A stretch of DNA of 57,332 nucleotides from Eledone cirrhosa (GCA_964016885.1 CAXHJY010001358.1:1-57332); one strand, 5' to 3'; shown: positions 33,972 through 52,347, counted from the first letter of the stretch. Numbers and translations are program-made. The notes: generated by a model not told the origin, from the letters alone.

Positions 33972-34679
33972 ATAACTTTGAATAACTTTGAAATGTTTTG
34001 GCCAGTATTGGCCCAGGCCATGTCTAACTTAATAGCACCACCTGGCGAAGTCTTTCAATTCAGGATTTGGGAACCATGGCCCATTCGAGAAGAGAATTAC
34101 TGTTTGCGGAGACATATCCGGGTGTGGGTGGTTTGTCCGGCATTACTTGGAGGAATTTGTCCAAAGACTTCTTGAATTTTTGAATTTTGTGTGGTCAGTT
34201 TCTGTTTTGACGTGTCCTGGTGTGATGTTGAAAAGAGCAGGGCCGATTGAGGTGAAATAATTGTGCCGTATTGTTGTTATGAGTTGCGATTTAGATTTTT
34301 GAATGGGACGGATAGCACGGGGCCCAAGCCTTGGGTGTATCCTGAAGGCGATGCCAACATCATTTGGGCAGTGATGATGGAACATTTTCCACATCATGCA
34401 GATAATATAACGCTCACGGCGACGTTGGAGTGAGTAAAGTTTCAGGTTTTCTAATCGACCCCCAGTAGTCAAGGTCTGACATGCCATCTATCTTTTTCGT
34501 GATTGCCCTTTGAGGAGCTTCAAGTTTCATGATACTTTGTTTCGTGTGGGGAGACCACAGTGGACAACAGTATTCAAGGTGTGGTCGGGCAAAAGTAGAG
34601 AAGAGAAGGATAATGGTGCGGGAATCTCTCGACTGGAAGGTTCTGAGGATCCAGGAACACATTCTGCGGGCCATGTCAA
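33972..34679 (-). mobile_element. CR1-clade LINE copy C, 3' fragment
   Basis: Matches the copy A 3' end, with two ATAACTTTGA tail units, a 9-bp duplication near 34172-34189 and a 1-bp insertion near 34460. Confidence 0.9.
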
Positions 34680-34729
34680 TATATGTATATATATGTATAT
34701 ATATGTATATATATGTCAATATATGTATA

Positions 34730-34805
<76 letters not shown>

Positions 34806-34893
34806 TATGTGTATATATATATGTATATATATATGTATATATATATATATGTATATATATATATGTATATATATATGTATATATGTATATATG

Positions 34894-34928
<35 letters not shown>

Positions 34929-35155
34929 GTATATATGTATATATGTATATATATATATGTATATATATGTATATATGTATATATATATGTATATATGTAT
35001 ATATATATATGTATATATGTATATATATATATGTATATATGTATATATATGTATATATATGTATATATGTATATATATATGTATATATGTATATATGTGT
35101 ATATATGTATATATATGTATATATGTATATATATGTATATATATGTATATATATG

Positions 35156-35204
<49 letters not shown>

Positions 35205-35676
35205 GTATATATGTATATATGTATATATATGTATATATATATATATATGTATATATGTATATATATATATGTATATATATATATATGTATATATGTATAT
35301 ATATATATGTATATATTTATATGTATATATGTATATATATATATGTATATATTTGTATATATGTATATATTTATATGTATATGTATATATTTGTATATGT
35401 ATATATTTATATGTATATGTATATATATATATATGTATATATGTATATATATATATATGTATATATATATATGTATATATATATATATGAATATATGTAT
35501 ATATGTATATATATATATATATATGTATATGTATATATGTATATATATATATATATGTATATATATATGTATATATATATGTATATATATATGTATATGT
35601 ATATATATAATGTATATAATATATGTATATATATATGTATATATATATGTATGTATATGTATGTATATATGTATAT
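34680..35676. repeat. TG-interrupted (TA)n array
   Basis: Direct reading of the sequence. Confidence 0.98.
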
Positions 35677-36077
35677 ATTCTAGGAGAAGGAAAACCTAGC
35701 AGAATTCTAGGAGAAGGAAAACTCTGATATAACACCTGCAACCCTGATGGTATCCAATGATGTTGACTTGTTCTTCTTTTTGGTAAATATCATCTTGGTT
35801 AAGAGAGTGGGACTGGTTTTGTGCAGTGCCTTTGCTCACTATAAAAGCTTCACGGCACAGGCATTGCTTTATATCTGGAGATCTCTCTGCACTTGTCGTC
35901 ACATGGTACCATGGGCCCAGCACTATGTGTCAATAATTGTCACAAGTGTAGTGTTTGTACCAGAGTTTTCAAGTCGCTGGCTGGACTAAAAAGTCACACT
36001 TGTTCAGCGCATCGGTAGGGGTTCTCCTGCATGGATATAAAGGAGTGGCCGTACTCGAAAACGAGTTGGCAGCCACC
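35677..36077 (+). mobile_element. Non-autonomous bipartite RTE-derived (SINE-like) element, copy 1
   Basis: The 5' part has AGGAGAAGGAAAACTCTGA, a motif I recall from RTE 5' regions. The 3' part encodes [23 protein letters not shown] (35947-36018), resembling the C-terminal C2H2 finger of RTE/BovB ORFs. A second copy lies at 52348-52559. Confidence 0.65.
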
Positions 36078-36242
36078 ATATATATATGTATATATATATG
36101 TATATGTATATATATATGTTTATATATATGTATATATATATGTATATGTATATATATATGTATATATGTGTATATGTATATATATATGTATATATATATG
36201 TGTATATGTATATATATATGTATATATATATGTATATATGTG

Positions 36243-36273
<31 letters not shown>

Positions 36274-36412
36274 GTATATATGTATATATATATATACATG
36301 TATGTATATATATATGTATATATATATGTATATATATATGTATATATATATGTATATATATATGTATATATATATGTATATATATATGTATATATATATG
36401 TATATATATATG

Positions 36413-36443
<31 letters not shown>

Positions 36444-36613
36444 GTATGTATATAATATGTATATATGTATGTATATATATATGTATATATATATGTATAT
36501 ATATATGTATATATATATGTATATATATATGTATATATATGTATATATATATGTATATATATATGTATATATATATGTATATATATATGTATGTATATAT
36601 GTATGTATATATG

Positions 36614-36644
<31 letters not shown>

Positions 36645-36702
36645 GTATATGTATATATATATGTATATATATGTATATATGTATATATATGTATATATGT
36701 AT
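36078..36702. repeat. TG-interrupted (TA)n array
   Basis: Direct reading of the sequence. Confidence 0.98.
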
Positions 36703-37736
36703 ATCATCATCATCATCATCATCAACGTTTAACGTCCGTGTTCCACGCTTGCATGGGTTTGGACGGGGTAGTCCCACTTGAGGCAAGAGTGATTGTCTTG
36801 CTCGCATAGGACTGTCTGGCAGGTTTTCTACAGTTGGATGCCCTTCCTAACACCAACCACATTTACAGTGTGGGTCTGGGAGGTTTTTACCGTGTTGCCT
36901 ACACGGCCACATTACAGCGTGGACTGTGTGTTTTTTTGTCGTGACACCTACACGATCTCATTTGTTTCGGCCTCGATGGCGCGGCACCAACATAACTTTA
37001 CATAGAACGGGGTGGTGTGGATCGGGTGGGGGTGGGGGTGGTGGGACGGGGTGTATTTTGTTAGAGATGCCTACTGGCTGGAGTAGGTTTTACTATATAT
37101 TTAGGTAAGGCGGGTCTTCTCTGTTACTGAGTACCGCCAAAGGTCTCGGTCCAGTGACATTGTCTTGGAGAGGTGTAAGTGTGTGATGTCGGAGTTTATC
37201 AGCTCGTCCCAGGTTTTTCTAGGTCTGCCTATTCCGTGACTACCGTCTATCTTTATTGCTCTGCACTTTGTTATACAGCTATCGACTTTCATGCGCATCA
37301 CGTGTCCATACCAACGTAGCCTTCTCTCGAGTAAACAACATCTGATCCCTCTTATCTCTAATTTATTCCTTAGTTCGTTTATGCTTTGCCGTTCACGTAT
37401 ATTACTGTTACACATCCAGCGGAGCATGCAAGCTTCGTTCCTCTCTAGTCTGCGTATATCCTCTGCACACAATGCCCAGGTCTCACTGCCATGCAGCATT
37501 GCTGTTCGTATGCAGGCATCGTACAACCTGCCTTTCATTTTTAGTGAGAACCCTTTAGCAGCTAATAGTGGTATAAGCTCTCTGAACTTTTTCCAACCAG
37601 TTCTGACTCTAGCTACAGTACTTTCAGAGCACCCTCCCCCACTGCTGATTTTATCGCCAGGTAACGGAAGCTGTCCACTATTTCTATAGAACCCTCTGCG
37701 CAATTGAAAGAGCTAGTAGTTTGTGGGCACTTGCTG
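36703..37736 (-). mobile_element. RTE copy 2, 5'-truncated
   Basis: (GAT)n tail, 3' UTR and C-terminal ~220 codons matching copy 1, with a frameshift near 37657. Confidence 0.92.
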
Positions 37737-37815
37737 ATATGTATATATGTATATATATGTATATATATGTATATATGTATATATATGTATATATGTATAT
37801 ATGTATATATATATG

Positions 37816-37850
<35 letters not shown>

Positions 37851-37898
37851 GTATATGTATATGTATATATATATATGTATATGTATATGTATATATAT

Positions 37899-37932
<34 letters not shown>

Positions 37933-37951
37933 ATGTATATGTATATATATA
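37737..37951. repeat. TG-interrupted (TA)n spacer between head-to-head RTE copies
   Basis: Direct reading of the sequence. Confidence 0.97.
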
Positions 37952-39315
37952 TCCTATACGCAGACGACCTGACACTCATAGCGGAATCAATGGCCGAGCT
38001 AGAGAAGAAATTCCAAACATGGAAGCACGGCCTAGAGTCAAAAGGACTTAAAATTAACCTGGCTAAGACCAAAGTACTAGTTTGTAGGAAAGAAAACAAG
38101 TCGGCGGTCCCTTCTGGGAAATGGTCGTGCTCGGTGTGTAGGAAAGGCGTAGGTAGAAACTCCATTTTATGTCCTAAATGCAAAGTATGGGTGCATAAAA
38201 GATGTAGTGGGATCACAGGTTAAGCTAACTAAGAACATAGATTTTTACATGTGGCCGGTGCTCTGGTGCAATAAGTAGCAGCAAGTGCCCACAAACTACT
38301 AGCTCTTTCAATTGCGCAGAGGGTTCTATAGAAATAGTGGACAGCTTCCGTTACCTGGGCGATAAAATCAGCAGTGGGGGAGGGTGCTCTGAAAGTACTG
38401 TAGCTAGAGTCAGAACTGGTTGGAAAAAGTTCAGAGAGCTTATACCACTATTAGCTGCTAAAGGGTTCTCACTAAAAATGAAAGGCAGGTTGTACGATGC
38501 CTGCATACGAACAGCAATGCTGCATGGCAGTGAGACCTGGGCATTGTGTGCAGAGGATATACGCAGACTAGAGAGGAACGAAGCTTGCATGCTCCGCTGG
38601 ATGTGTAACAGTAATATACGTGAACGGCAAAGCATAAACGAACTAAGGAAAAAATTAGAGATAAGAGGGATCAGATGTTGTTTACTCGAGAGAAGGCTAC
38701 GTTGGTATGGACACGTGATGCGCATGAAAGTCGATAGCTGTATAACAAAGTGCAGGGCAATAAAGATAGACGGTAGTCACGGAATAGGCAGACCTAGAAA
38801 AACCTGGGACGAGCTGATAAACTCCGACATCACACACTTACACCTCTCCAAGACAATGTCACTGGACCGAGACCTTTGGCGGTACTCAGTAACAGAGAAG
38901 ACCCGCCTTACCTAAATATATAGTAAAACCTACTCCAGCCAGTAGGCATCTCTAACAAAATACACCCCGTCCCACCACCCCCGCCCCCACCCCATCCACA
39001 CCACCCCGTTCTATGTAAAGTTATGTTGGTGCCGCGCCATCGAGGCCGAAACAAATGAGATCGTGTAGGGTGTCACGACAAAAAAACACACAGTCCACGC
39101 TGTAATGTGGCCGTGTAGGCAACACGGTAAAAACCTCCCAGACCCACACTGTAAATGTGGTTGGTGTTAGGAAGGGCATCCAACTGTAGAAAACCTGCCA
39201 GACAGTCCTATGCGAGCAAGACAATCACTCTTGCCTCAAGTGGGACTACCCCCGTCCAAACCCATGCAAGCGTGGAACACGGACGTTAAACGTTGATGAT
39301 GATGATGATGATGAT
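37952..39315 (+). mobile_element. RTE copy 3, 5'-truncated at the YADD motif
   Basis: Starts at LYADD, has two 1-bp insertions near 38220-38245 and ends in (GAT)n. Confidence 0.92.
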
Positions 39316-41942
<2,627 letters not shown>

Positions 41943-42228
41943 ATGGAAAGTTATATTTAAAATTGTTGGGTTACAACTAGTAAATATTTATAACTGATAT
42001 AAAAGCACTCGACAAATATTTGGAGTATATTTACAATATTAAATAAATGGAAACTATATTTATAAAACCATATTTATTTCATTATATATATTTCGGGGAT
42101 ATCATATTAACAATATGCTATGCCTTCCTCAGACAAAATACAATATAAACAGTTTTATAGATAAATAGATTCGACATACCGTTATAACACCGACTTCCAT
42201 TTGAAGAGGTTTAAGCTGGCAGTGAAAA
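41943..42228 (-). mobile_element. Solo 3' end (pseudo-LTR) of Hydra-type Penelope-like element
   Basis: Diverged reverse complement of ~48537-48819. It appears identical to 43476-43761. Confidence 0.8.
42075..42140 (-). ncRNA. Type I hammerhead ribozyme motif
   Basis: Minus strand reads TATTTTGT-CTGAGGA-agg..CATATT(gtt)AATATG..ccc-GAAA-TATATA-TA-ATGAAATA: canonical CUGANGA/GAAA core, 8-bp stem I (2 GU pairs), palindromic stem III, with AATAAA overlapping the end. Confidence 0.72.
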
Positions 42229-42248
42229 TATATATGTATATATATATG

Positions 42249-42293
<45 letters not shown>

Positions 42294-42320
42294 GTATATA
42301 TATATGTATATATATGTATG

Positions 42321-42351
<31 letters not shown>

Positions 42352-42422
42352 GTATATATATATGTATATATATATATATATGTATATATATATGTATATA
42401 TATATATGTAAATATATATATG

Positions 42423-42475
<53 letters not shown>

Positions 42476-43273
42476 GTATATATACATATGTATATATATG
42501 TATATATATATGTATATATATGTATATATATATATGTATGTATATATATATATGTATATATATATGTATATATATATATGTATATATATATGTATATTAT
42601 ATATGTATATATATATGTATATATATATGTATATATATATGTATATATATATGTATATATATATGTATATATATATGTATATATATATATATGTATATAT
42701 ATATGTATATATATATATGTGTGTATATATATATATATATGTATATATATATGTGTGTATATATATATATATGTATATATATATATGTGTATATATATAT
42801 ATATGTATATATATATGTATATATATATATGTGTATATATATATATGTATATATATATGTATATATATGTATATATATATATGTATATATATATGTATAT
42901 ATATATGTATATATATATATATGTATATATATATGTATATATATATATATGTATATATATATGTATATATATATATATATGTATATATATATGTATATAT
43001 ATATATGTATATGTATATATATATGTATATATATATATGTATATGTATATATATATATATGTATATATATATGTATATATATATATATGTATATTATATG
43101 TATATATATATGTATATATATATATGTATATGTATATATATATATGTATATATATATATGTATATATATATATGTATATGTATATATGTATATATATATA
43201 TGTATATATATATATGTATATGTATATATGTATATATATATATGTATATATATATATGTATATATATATATGT

Positions 43274-43314
<41 letters not shown>

Positions 43315-43398
43315 TATGTATATATATATATGTATGTATATATATATATGTATGTATATATATATATGTATATATATATGTATATGTATATATATATG

Positions 43399-43469
<71 letters not shown>

Positions 43470-43475
43470 GTATAC
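42229..43475. repeat. TG-interrupted (TA)n array
   Basis: Direct reading of the sequence. Confidence 0.99.
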
Positions 43476-43757
43476 ATGGAAAGTTATATTTAAAATTGTT
43501 GGGTTACAACTAGTAAATATTTATAACTGATATAAAAGCACTCGACAAATATTTGGAGTATATTTACAATATTAAATAAATGGAAACTATATTTATAAAA
43601 CCATATTTATTTCATTATATATATTTCGGGGATATCATATTAACAATATGCTATGCCTTCCTCAGACAAAATACAATATAAACAGTTTTATAGATAAATA
43701 GATTCGACATACCGTTATAACACCGACTTCCATTTGAAGAGGTTTAAGCTGGCAGTG

Positions 43758-43761
<4 letters not shown>
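43476..43761 (-). mobile_element. Solo pseudo-LTR of Hydra-type PLE, duplicate copy
   Basis: Same sequence as 41943-42228 at an offset of 1533. Confidence 0.8.
43608..43673 (-). ncRNA. Type I hammerhead ribozyme motif
   Basis: Identical to 42075-42140. Confidence 0.72.
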
Positions 43762-43820
<59 letters not shown>

Positions 43821-43847
43821 GTATATATATATGTATATATATGTATG

Positions 43848-43880
<33 letters not shown>

Positions 43881-43941
43881 TTGTATATGTATATATATAT
43901 GTATATATATATGTATATATATATATGTATATATATATATG

Positions 43942-43972
<31 letters not shown>

Positions 43973-44131
43973 GTATATATACATATGTATATATATGTAT
44001 ATATATGTATATATATATATATGTATATATATGTATATATATATATATGTATATATATGTATATATATATATATGTATGTATATATATATATGTATATAT
44101 GTATATATATGTATGTATATATATATGTATG

Positions 44132-44164
<33 letters not shown>

Positions 44165-44193
44165 ATATATGTGTATGTATATATATATGTATG

Positions 44194-44226
<33 letters not shown>

Positions 44227-45211
44227 ATATATATGTATGTATATATATATGTATATATATATATATGTATATATATGTGTATATATATATGTATATATAT
44301 GTGTATATATATATGTATATATATGTATATATATGTATGTATATATATATGTATGTATATATATATATGTATATATATGTGTATATATATATGTATATAT
44401 GTGTATATATATGTATATATATGTGTATATATGTGTATATATGTGTATATATGTGTATATATATGTATATATATGTGTATATATGTGTATATATGTGTGT
44501 ATATATGTATATATATGTGTATATATGTGTATATATATGTATATATATGTGTATATATGTGTATATATGTGTATATATTGTGTATATATATGTGTATATA
44601 TGTGTATATATATGTGTATATATGTGTATATATATGTGTATATATGTGTATATATATGTATATATATGTGTATGTATATGTATATATATATATATGTGTA
44701 TATATATGTATATGTATATATATATATATGTGTATATATATGTATATATATATGTATATATATATATGTGTATTATATGTATATATATATGTATATATAT
44801 ATGTATATATATATGTATATATATATGTATGTATATATATGTATATATATATGTATATATTTATATGTATATGTATATGTATGTATATATATATATGTAT
44901 ATGTATGTATATATATATGTAATATATATGTATATATATATATGTATATATATATGTATATATATATGTATATATATATATGTATATATATATGTATATG
45001 TATATATATGTATATATATATGTATATATATATGTATATATATATATGTATATATATATGTATATATATATATATATGTATATATATAAGTATATATATA
45101 TATGTATATATATATGTATATATATATATGTATATATATATGTATATATATATATATGTATATATATATGTATATATATGAATATGTATATATATATATA
45201 TATATGTATAT
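43762..45211. repeat. TG-interrupted (TA)n array
   Basis: Direct reading; includes a TATATATGTG-rich sub-domain at ~44390-44700. Confidence 0.99.
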
Positions 45212-45665
45212 ATACGATATTAAATAAATGGAAACTATATTCATAAAACCATATCTATTTCATTATATATATTTCAGGGATATCATATTAACAATATGTT
45301 ATGCCTTTTTCAGACAAAATACAATATAGACAGTTTTATATATAAATAGATTTGACATACCGTTCAACATCGACTTGTATTTGAAAAAGTTGATTTGGCA
45401 GTGAAAAATTGTAAACAGAAAGAAAGAAAGATAGAAGGAAGGAAAGAAAGAAAACGAAGAAGAAAAAAGAAAAAAGAAAAAAGAAAAAAGAAAAAAGAAG
45501 AAATGCATGCAACAAAATAGAGAGATGGAAAGATAGATAAAGAGAAGAACTTCATGTAAAGAAACAGCGAGAGATATATAGAGAGAGGAAATAGATAGAG
45601 ATAGATATACATAGAGAAAAGTAGGTAGTTGCATGACGTATCAATGATACATTTATTTATTTATT

Positions 45666-47230
45666 ATACAGCAAATTAAAAACTTGGTTTGTTTACCTAG
45701 CCTGAGCTTGTGGAAGGGAACTGGAGAGGTTGTTGAGTGGTTAAGCAAATTAAATATAACAATAATAATAAGTTTATTCAACTTGATATTGCTAACTATT
45801 ATTCTTCTATTACCCCTAATCTACTAAATAAGGCACTAAATTACGCATTCAAACATACAGACCTAACTAGCAATGAAATGCACATTATATTATCGGCTAG
45901 GAAAACATTGATAGAATTTAATGACCAACTATGGACCAGAGCAGATAGAGATAGCAATTTTGACATCACTATGGGATCATCCGACTCAGCTCAGGTAACT
46001 GACCTTGTGGGCTTATTTTTAATCAATTCCGCTACATAGGAAAATACCTGGTACTACCGGAGGTTTACATAGAGATGACATGCTTTTACTTATTGATAAT
46101 AATAACTCTGAACTAAATAGAAAAAGAAAACAAATTACACAATTTTTTAATTACTTTAATCTAAAAATAGAAATTGAGAACAACCATAGAATAGTCAATT
46201 TCCTAGATATAACATTAAATCTCAACACATGTCTTCACTATCCATTTCACCAGTTGAGTGAAAACTTAAACTATGTCAGCTTTAAACTCTATCCACCCCA
46301 GATCTGTCAAAAACACTATAGTAAACTCTGTTCAAAAACGTATCTCTAGAATCTCGTCTAATAGAAAGATTTTCGACGAAAAAGCCCAGTACTACAATGA
46401 AGCGTTAGCTAGAGCAGGATATAGTGATAAGATTATGTACATAGATAATGATAGACAAACTAAACAAAATAACAAACTATTTTAATTACGGCCACAACCT
46501 TAACAACTATAATAGAAAGCATTACAATAATTCCAAAAGCCAAAAAAGAAATAGAACTAGGAACATAATATGGTTTGCCCCCCCTTTCTCACTAAACATT
46601 AAAACCCACATCGCTAAACTATTTTTTAAAGCTCTTGATAATCGCTTCCCTAGAACACATAGGTATCACTCAATTTTCAATAGACATACTATAAAATTAA
46701 CCTACTCATCCACCAAAAATTTAGCACAAAATATTAATAGAATAAATAATAGGAACTTAAAACCTAGCGATAATAGCATAAATAATATACAAGTTAACAA
46801 ATGTAACTGTAGAGATAGATCTAAATGTCCGTTAAATAACAACTGCTTAGTTAAAAATATAATATACAACTGTAATGTTAAAACGGACTCTAATTCTTTT
46901 AACTACGTCGGTTCCACATCGGACGGAATTTAAACTTCGCTATAATAACCACAAGAATTCTTTCACAGATCCAAGCAAAAATCTTCAACAGCACTATCAG
47001 GCGTACTCTGGCAACTTAAACATGATAACGTTGGATATTCGTTGTTTTGGAATATAGTCTCAAGAGGGATTCCTTTTAATTCATCCTCTGAGACATGTGA
47101 CCTCTGCGCGGAGGAGATATTCTTTATACTAAAATCTAAAAATTCCCTTAATCTACGGACAAATTTATTCAGTTGCTGCAAACATAGATTGAACTCAACT
47201 TTTAAATATAAATTTAAATTTAAAATGTAG
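45666..47230 (+). pseudogene. PLE reverse transcriptase + GIY-YIG endonuclease, multiple frameshifts
   Basis: FIQLDIANYYSSI, FDITMGSSDSAQ, (H)RDD, VNFLDI, CNCRDRSKC (CxCx5C), IIY...YVG.T..FKLRYNNH and CDLCAEE, spread across several frames. Confidence 0.85.
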
Positions 47231-48623
47231 TATATTTAGTTTGATTTGTAATTATTTGGGAAACTAGCCGATAAATCTTTCGATTTCTTCTTTTTATTCT
47301 TCTTTTTATTTTTTATTTTCATTTTTATTTTAATTTTTATTTTAAACATTCTTCATGAAAAATTAAACTACCCTAAAAGTTGATGCTCCAAATATATCGA
47401 ATAAACGTTACACTAGATAAACTTCTATATTAAATATAAGAACATATGTAGACCAAATGGGCATCCTAAACTTTTGAAATGATTTCTGCTAGACGCGATT
47501 TGGTAAATAATTTTTGGCTTTGTCTGTTTTCGACTCTGATGCTTATAATGAACTTGGCAATATATTGTCAATTAATTTTGAAGGGTTGATCTTTGTGGTC
47601 GATTTGCGTGGCATATTATGTTTTTATTTTTATTTTTATTATTTTAATATTTTTTAATATTTTTAATTTTTAATATTTTTAATATTTTTATTTTTAATAT
47701 GTAATATTTTTTAGTTTTCTATTTTATTTATTTGTTTATTATTTTTATTATTATTATTATTATTATTATTTTTTATTTTTGATTTTGTTTCTGATATTTT
47801 TATTAATATATTGAAATCTGTTCTCTATTTCTGCTTGATAGATAATCATGTAGAGTAAAGACATGAATAGTATTGTTAAAATTAATATAGACTCTATATA
47901 TATGTGTATATATACACATATATGTATACTTAAATTTTTATAGCACAATGAGAATGTTCTCCGTGTGAAATAGGGGTTTGCAGAGTTGATCACGTAAATT
48001 CACATCGATGTTTGTAATTATCATATAAACATATGAGTTTTTTAAAACTAGACATAAGATCATTACTTTTCACACATTATAGATACGTGTCTCATTCAGG
48101 AATACTGATATTTACATTATAGTGCCTGGTTTTTATACGAACTAATATCTCTACATTAAAACATAGGGTTTTTAAATTCTGCCTCGCCTATGTCTGGTTA
48201 CTTTTCATTTTTCTCTCTATATAACGGCTGGTTTCTTTCCTAACCACATATATCTCCCTTACATTAATACTAGAGCTAAATAAATAAATAAATAAATAAA
48301 TGTATCATTGATACGTCATGCAACTACCTACTTTTCTCTATATATATCTATCTCTATCTATTTCCTCTCTCTATATATCTCTCTCTGTTTCTTTACATGA
48401 AGTTCTTCTCTTTATCTATCTTTCCATCTCTCTATTTTGTTGCATGCATTTCTTCTTTTTTTCTTTTTTCTTTTTTCTTCTTTTTCTTCGTTTTCTTTCT
48501 TTCCTTCCTTCTTTCTTTCTTTCTTTCTGTTTACAATTTTTCACTGCCAAATCAACTTTTTCAAATACAAGTCGATGTTGAACGGTATGTCAAATCTATT
48601 TATATATAAAACTGTCTATATTG

Positions 48624-48689
48624 TATTTTGTCTGAAGAAGGCATAACATATTGTTAATATGATATCCCTGAAATATATATAATGAAATA
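48624..48689 (+). ncRNA. Type I hammerhead ribozyme motif in PLE pLTR
   Basis: TATTTTGT-CTGAAGA-AGG..CCT-GAAA-TATATA-TA-ATGAAATA. The inverted copy at 45256-45321 has a mutated core (CTGAAAA). Confidence 0.72.
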
Positions 48690-48818
48690 GATATGGTTTT
48701 ATAAATATAGTTTCCATTTATTTAATATCGTAAATATACTCCAAATACTTGTTGAGTGCTTTATATCAATTATAAATATTTACTAGTTGTAACCCAACAA
48801 TTTAAATATAACTTTCCA

Positions 48819-50950
<2,132 letters not shown>

Positions 50951-51827
50951 ATAACTTTGAATAACTTTGAATAACTTTGAAATGTTTTGGCCAGTATTGG
51001 CCCAGGCCATGTCTAACTTAATAGCACCACCTGGCGAAGTCTTTCAATTCAGGATTTGGGCACCATGGCCCATTCGAGAAGAGAATTACTGTTTGCGGAG
51101 ACATATCCGGGTGTGGGTGGTTTGTCCGGGATTACTTGGAGGAATTTGTCCAAAGACTTCTTGAATTTTGTGTGGTTAGTTTCTGTTTTGACGTGTCCTG
51201 GTGTGATGTTGAAGAGAGCAGGGCCGATTGAGGTGAAATAATTGTGCCGTATTGTTGTTATGAGTTGCGATTTAGATTTTTGAATGGGACGGATAGCACG
51301 GGGCCCAAGCCTTGGGTGTATCTTGAAGGCCATGCCAACATCATTTGGGCAGTGATGATGGAACATTTTCCACATCATGCAGATAATATAACGCTCACGG
51401 CGACGTTGGAGTGAGTAAAGTTTCAGGTTTTCCAATCGACCCCAGTAGTCAAGGTCTGACATGCCATCTATCTTTTTCGTGATTGCCCTTTGAGGAGCTT
51501 CAAGTTTCATGATACTTTGTTTCGTGTGGGGAGACCACAGTGGACAACAGTATTCAAGGTGTGGTCGGGCGAAAGTAGAGAAGAGAAGGATAATGGTGCG
51601 GGAATCTCTCGACTGGAAGGTTCTGAGGATCCAGGAACACATTCTGCGGGCCATGTCAACTTTGCTGCTTATATGCGTGGTCCAGCTTATGTTGCTGTCC
51701 ACGGTTACTCCCAAGTCTCTGATGTTGTTAGATGCCACGAGAGTTTCCCCGGAGGGAAGGGAGTACGGGAGTTTCAGAGCATCCTCTTTTCCAAAGTGGA
51801 TCAGTTCGAATTTGTCTTCGTTCAGTA
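50951..51827 (-). mobile_element. CR1-clade LINE copy D, 3' fragment
   Basis: Matches the copy A 3' end, with three ATAACTTTGA tail units. The reading frame 51049-51827 is open. Confidence 0.9.
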
Positions 51828-52010
51828 TATCTATACATATATATATATATACATATATACATATATACATATATACATATATACATATATACATATATAT
51901 ATATATACATATATACATATATACATATATATATATATACATACATATATATATATATATATACATACATACATATATATACATATATACATATATATAT
52001 ATATACATAC

Positions 52011-52041
<31 letters not shown>

Positions 52042-52347
52042 CATACATATATATATATATATATACATACATACATACATACATATATACATACATATAT
52101 ATATATATATACATACATACATATATATATATACATACATATATACCTATATATATGTATATACATACATATATACCTATATATATATATACATACATAT
52201 ATACCTATATATATATATATACATACATATATACCTATATATATATATATACATACATATATACCTATATATATATAGATATACATATATACCTATATAT
52301 ATATAGATATACATATATACCTATATATATATAGATATACATATATA
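51828..52347. repeat. CA-interrupted (TA)n array (reversed polarity)
   Basis: TACA interruptions, with 28-bp sub-repeats containing TACCTA at ~52140-52330. Confidence 0.98.

Noticed and set aside
45299-48646. Phe/Ser/Leu-rich ORFs at 45299-45634 and 48318-48646
   Set aside because: They are translations of CT-rich low-complexity tracts in the PLE 3' region.
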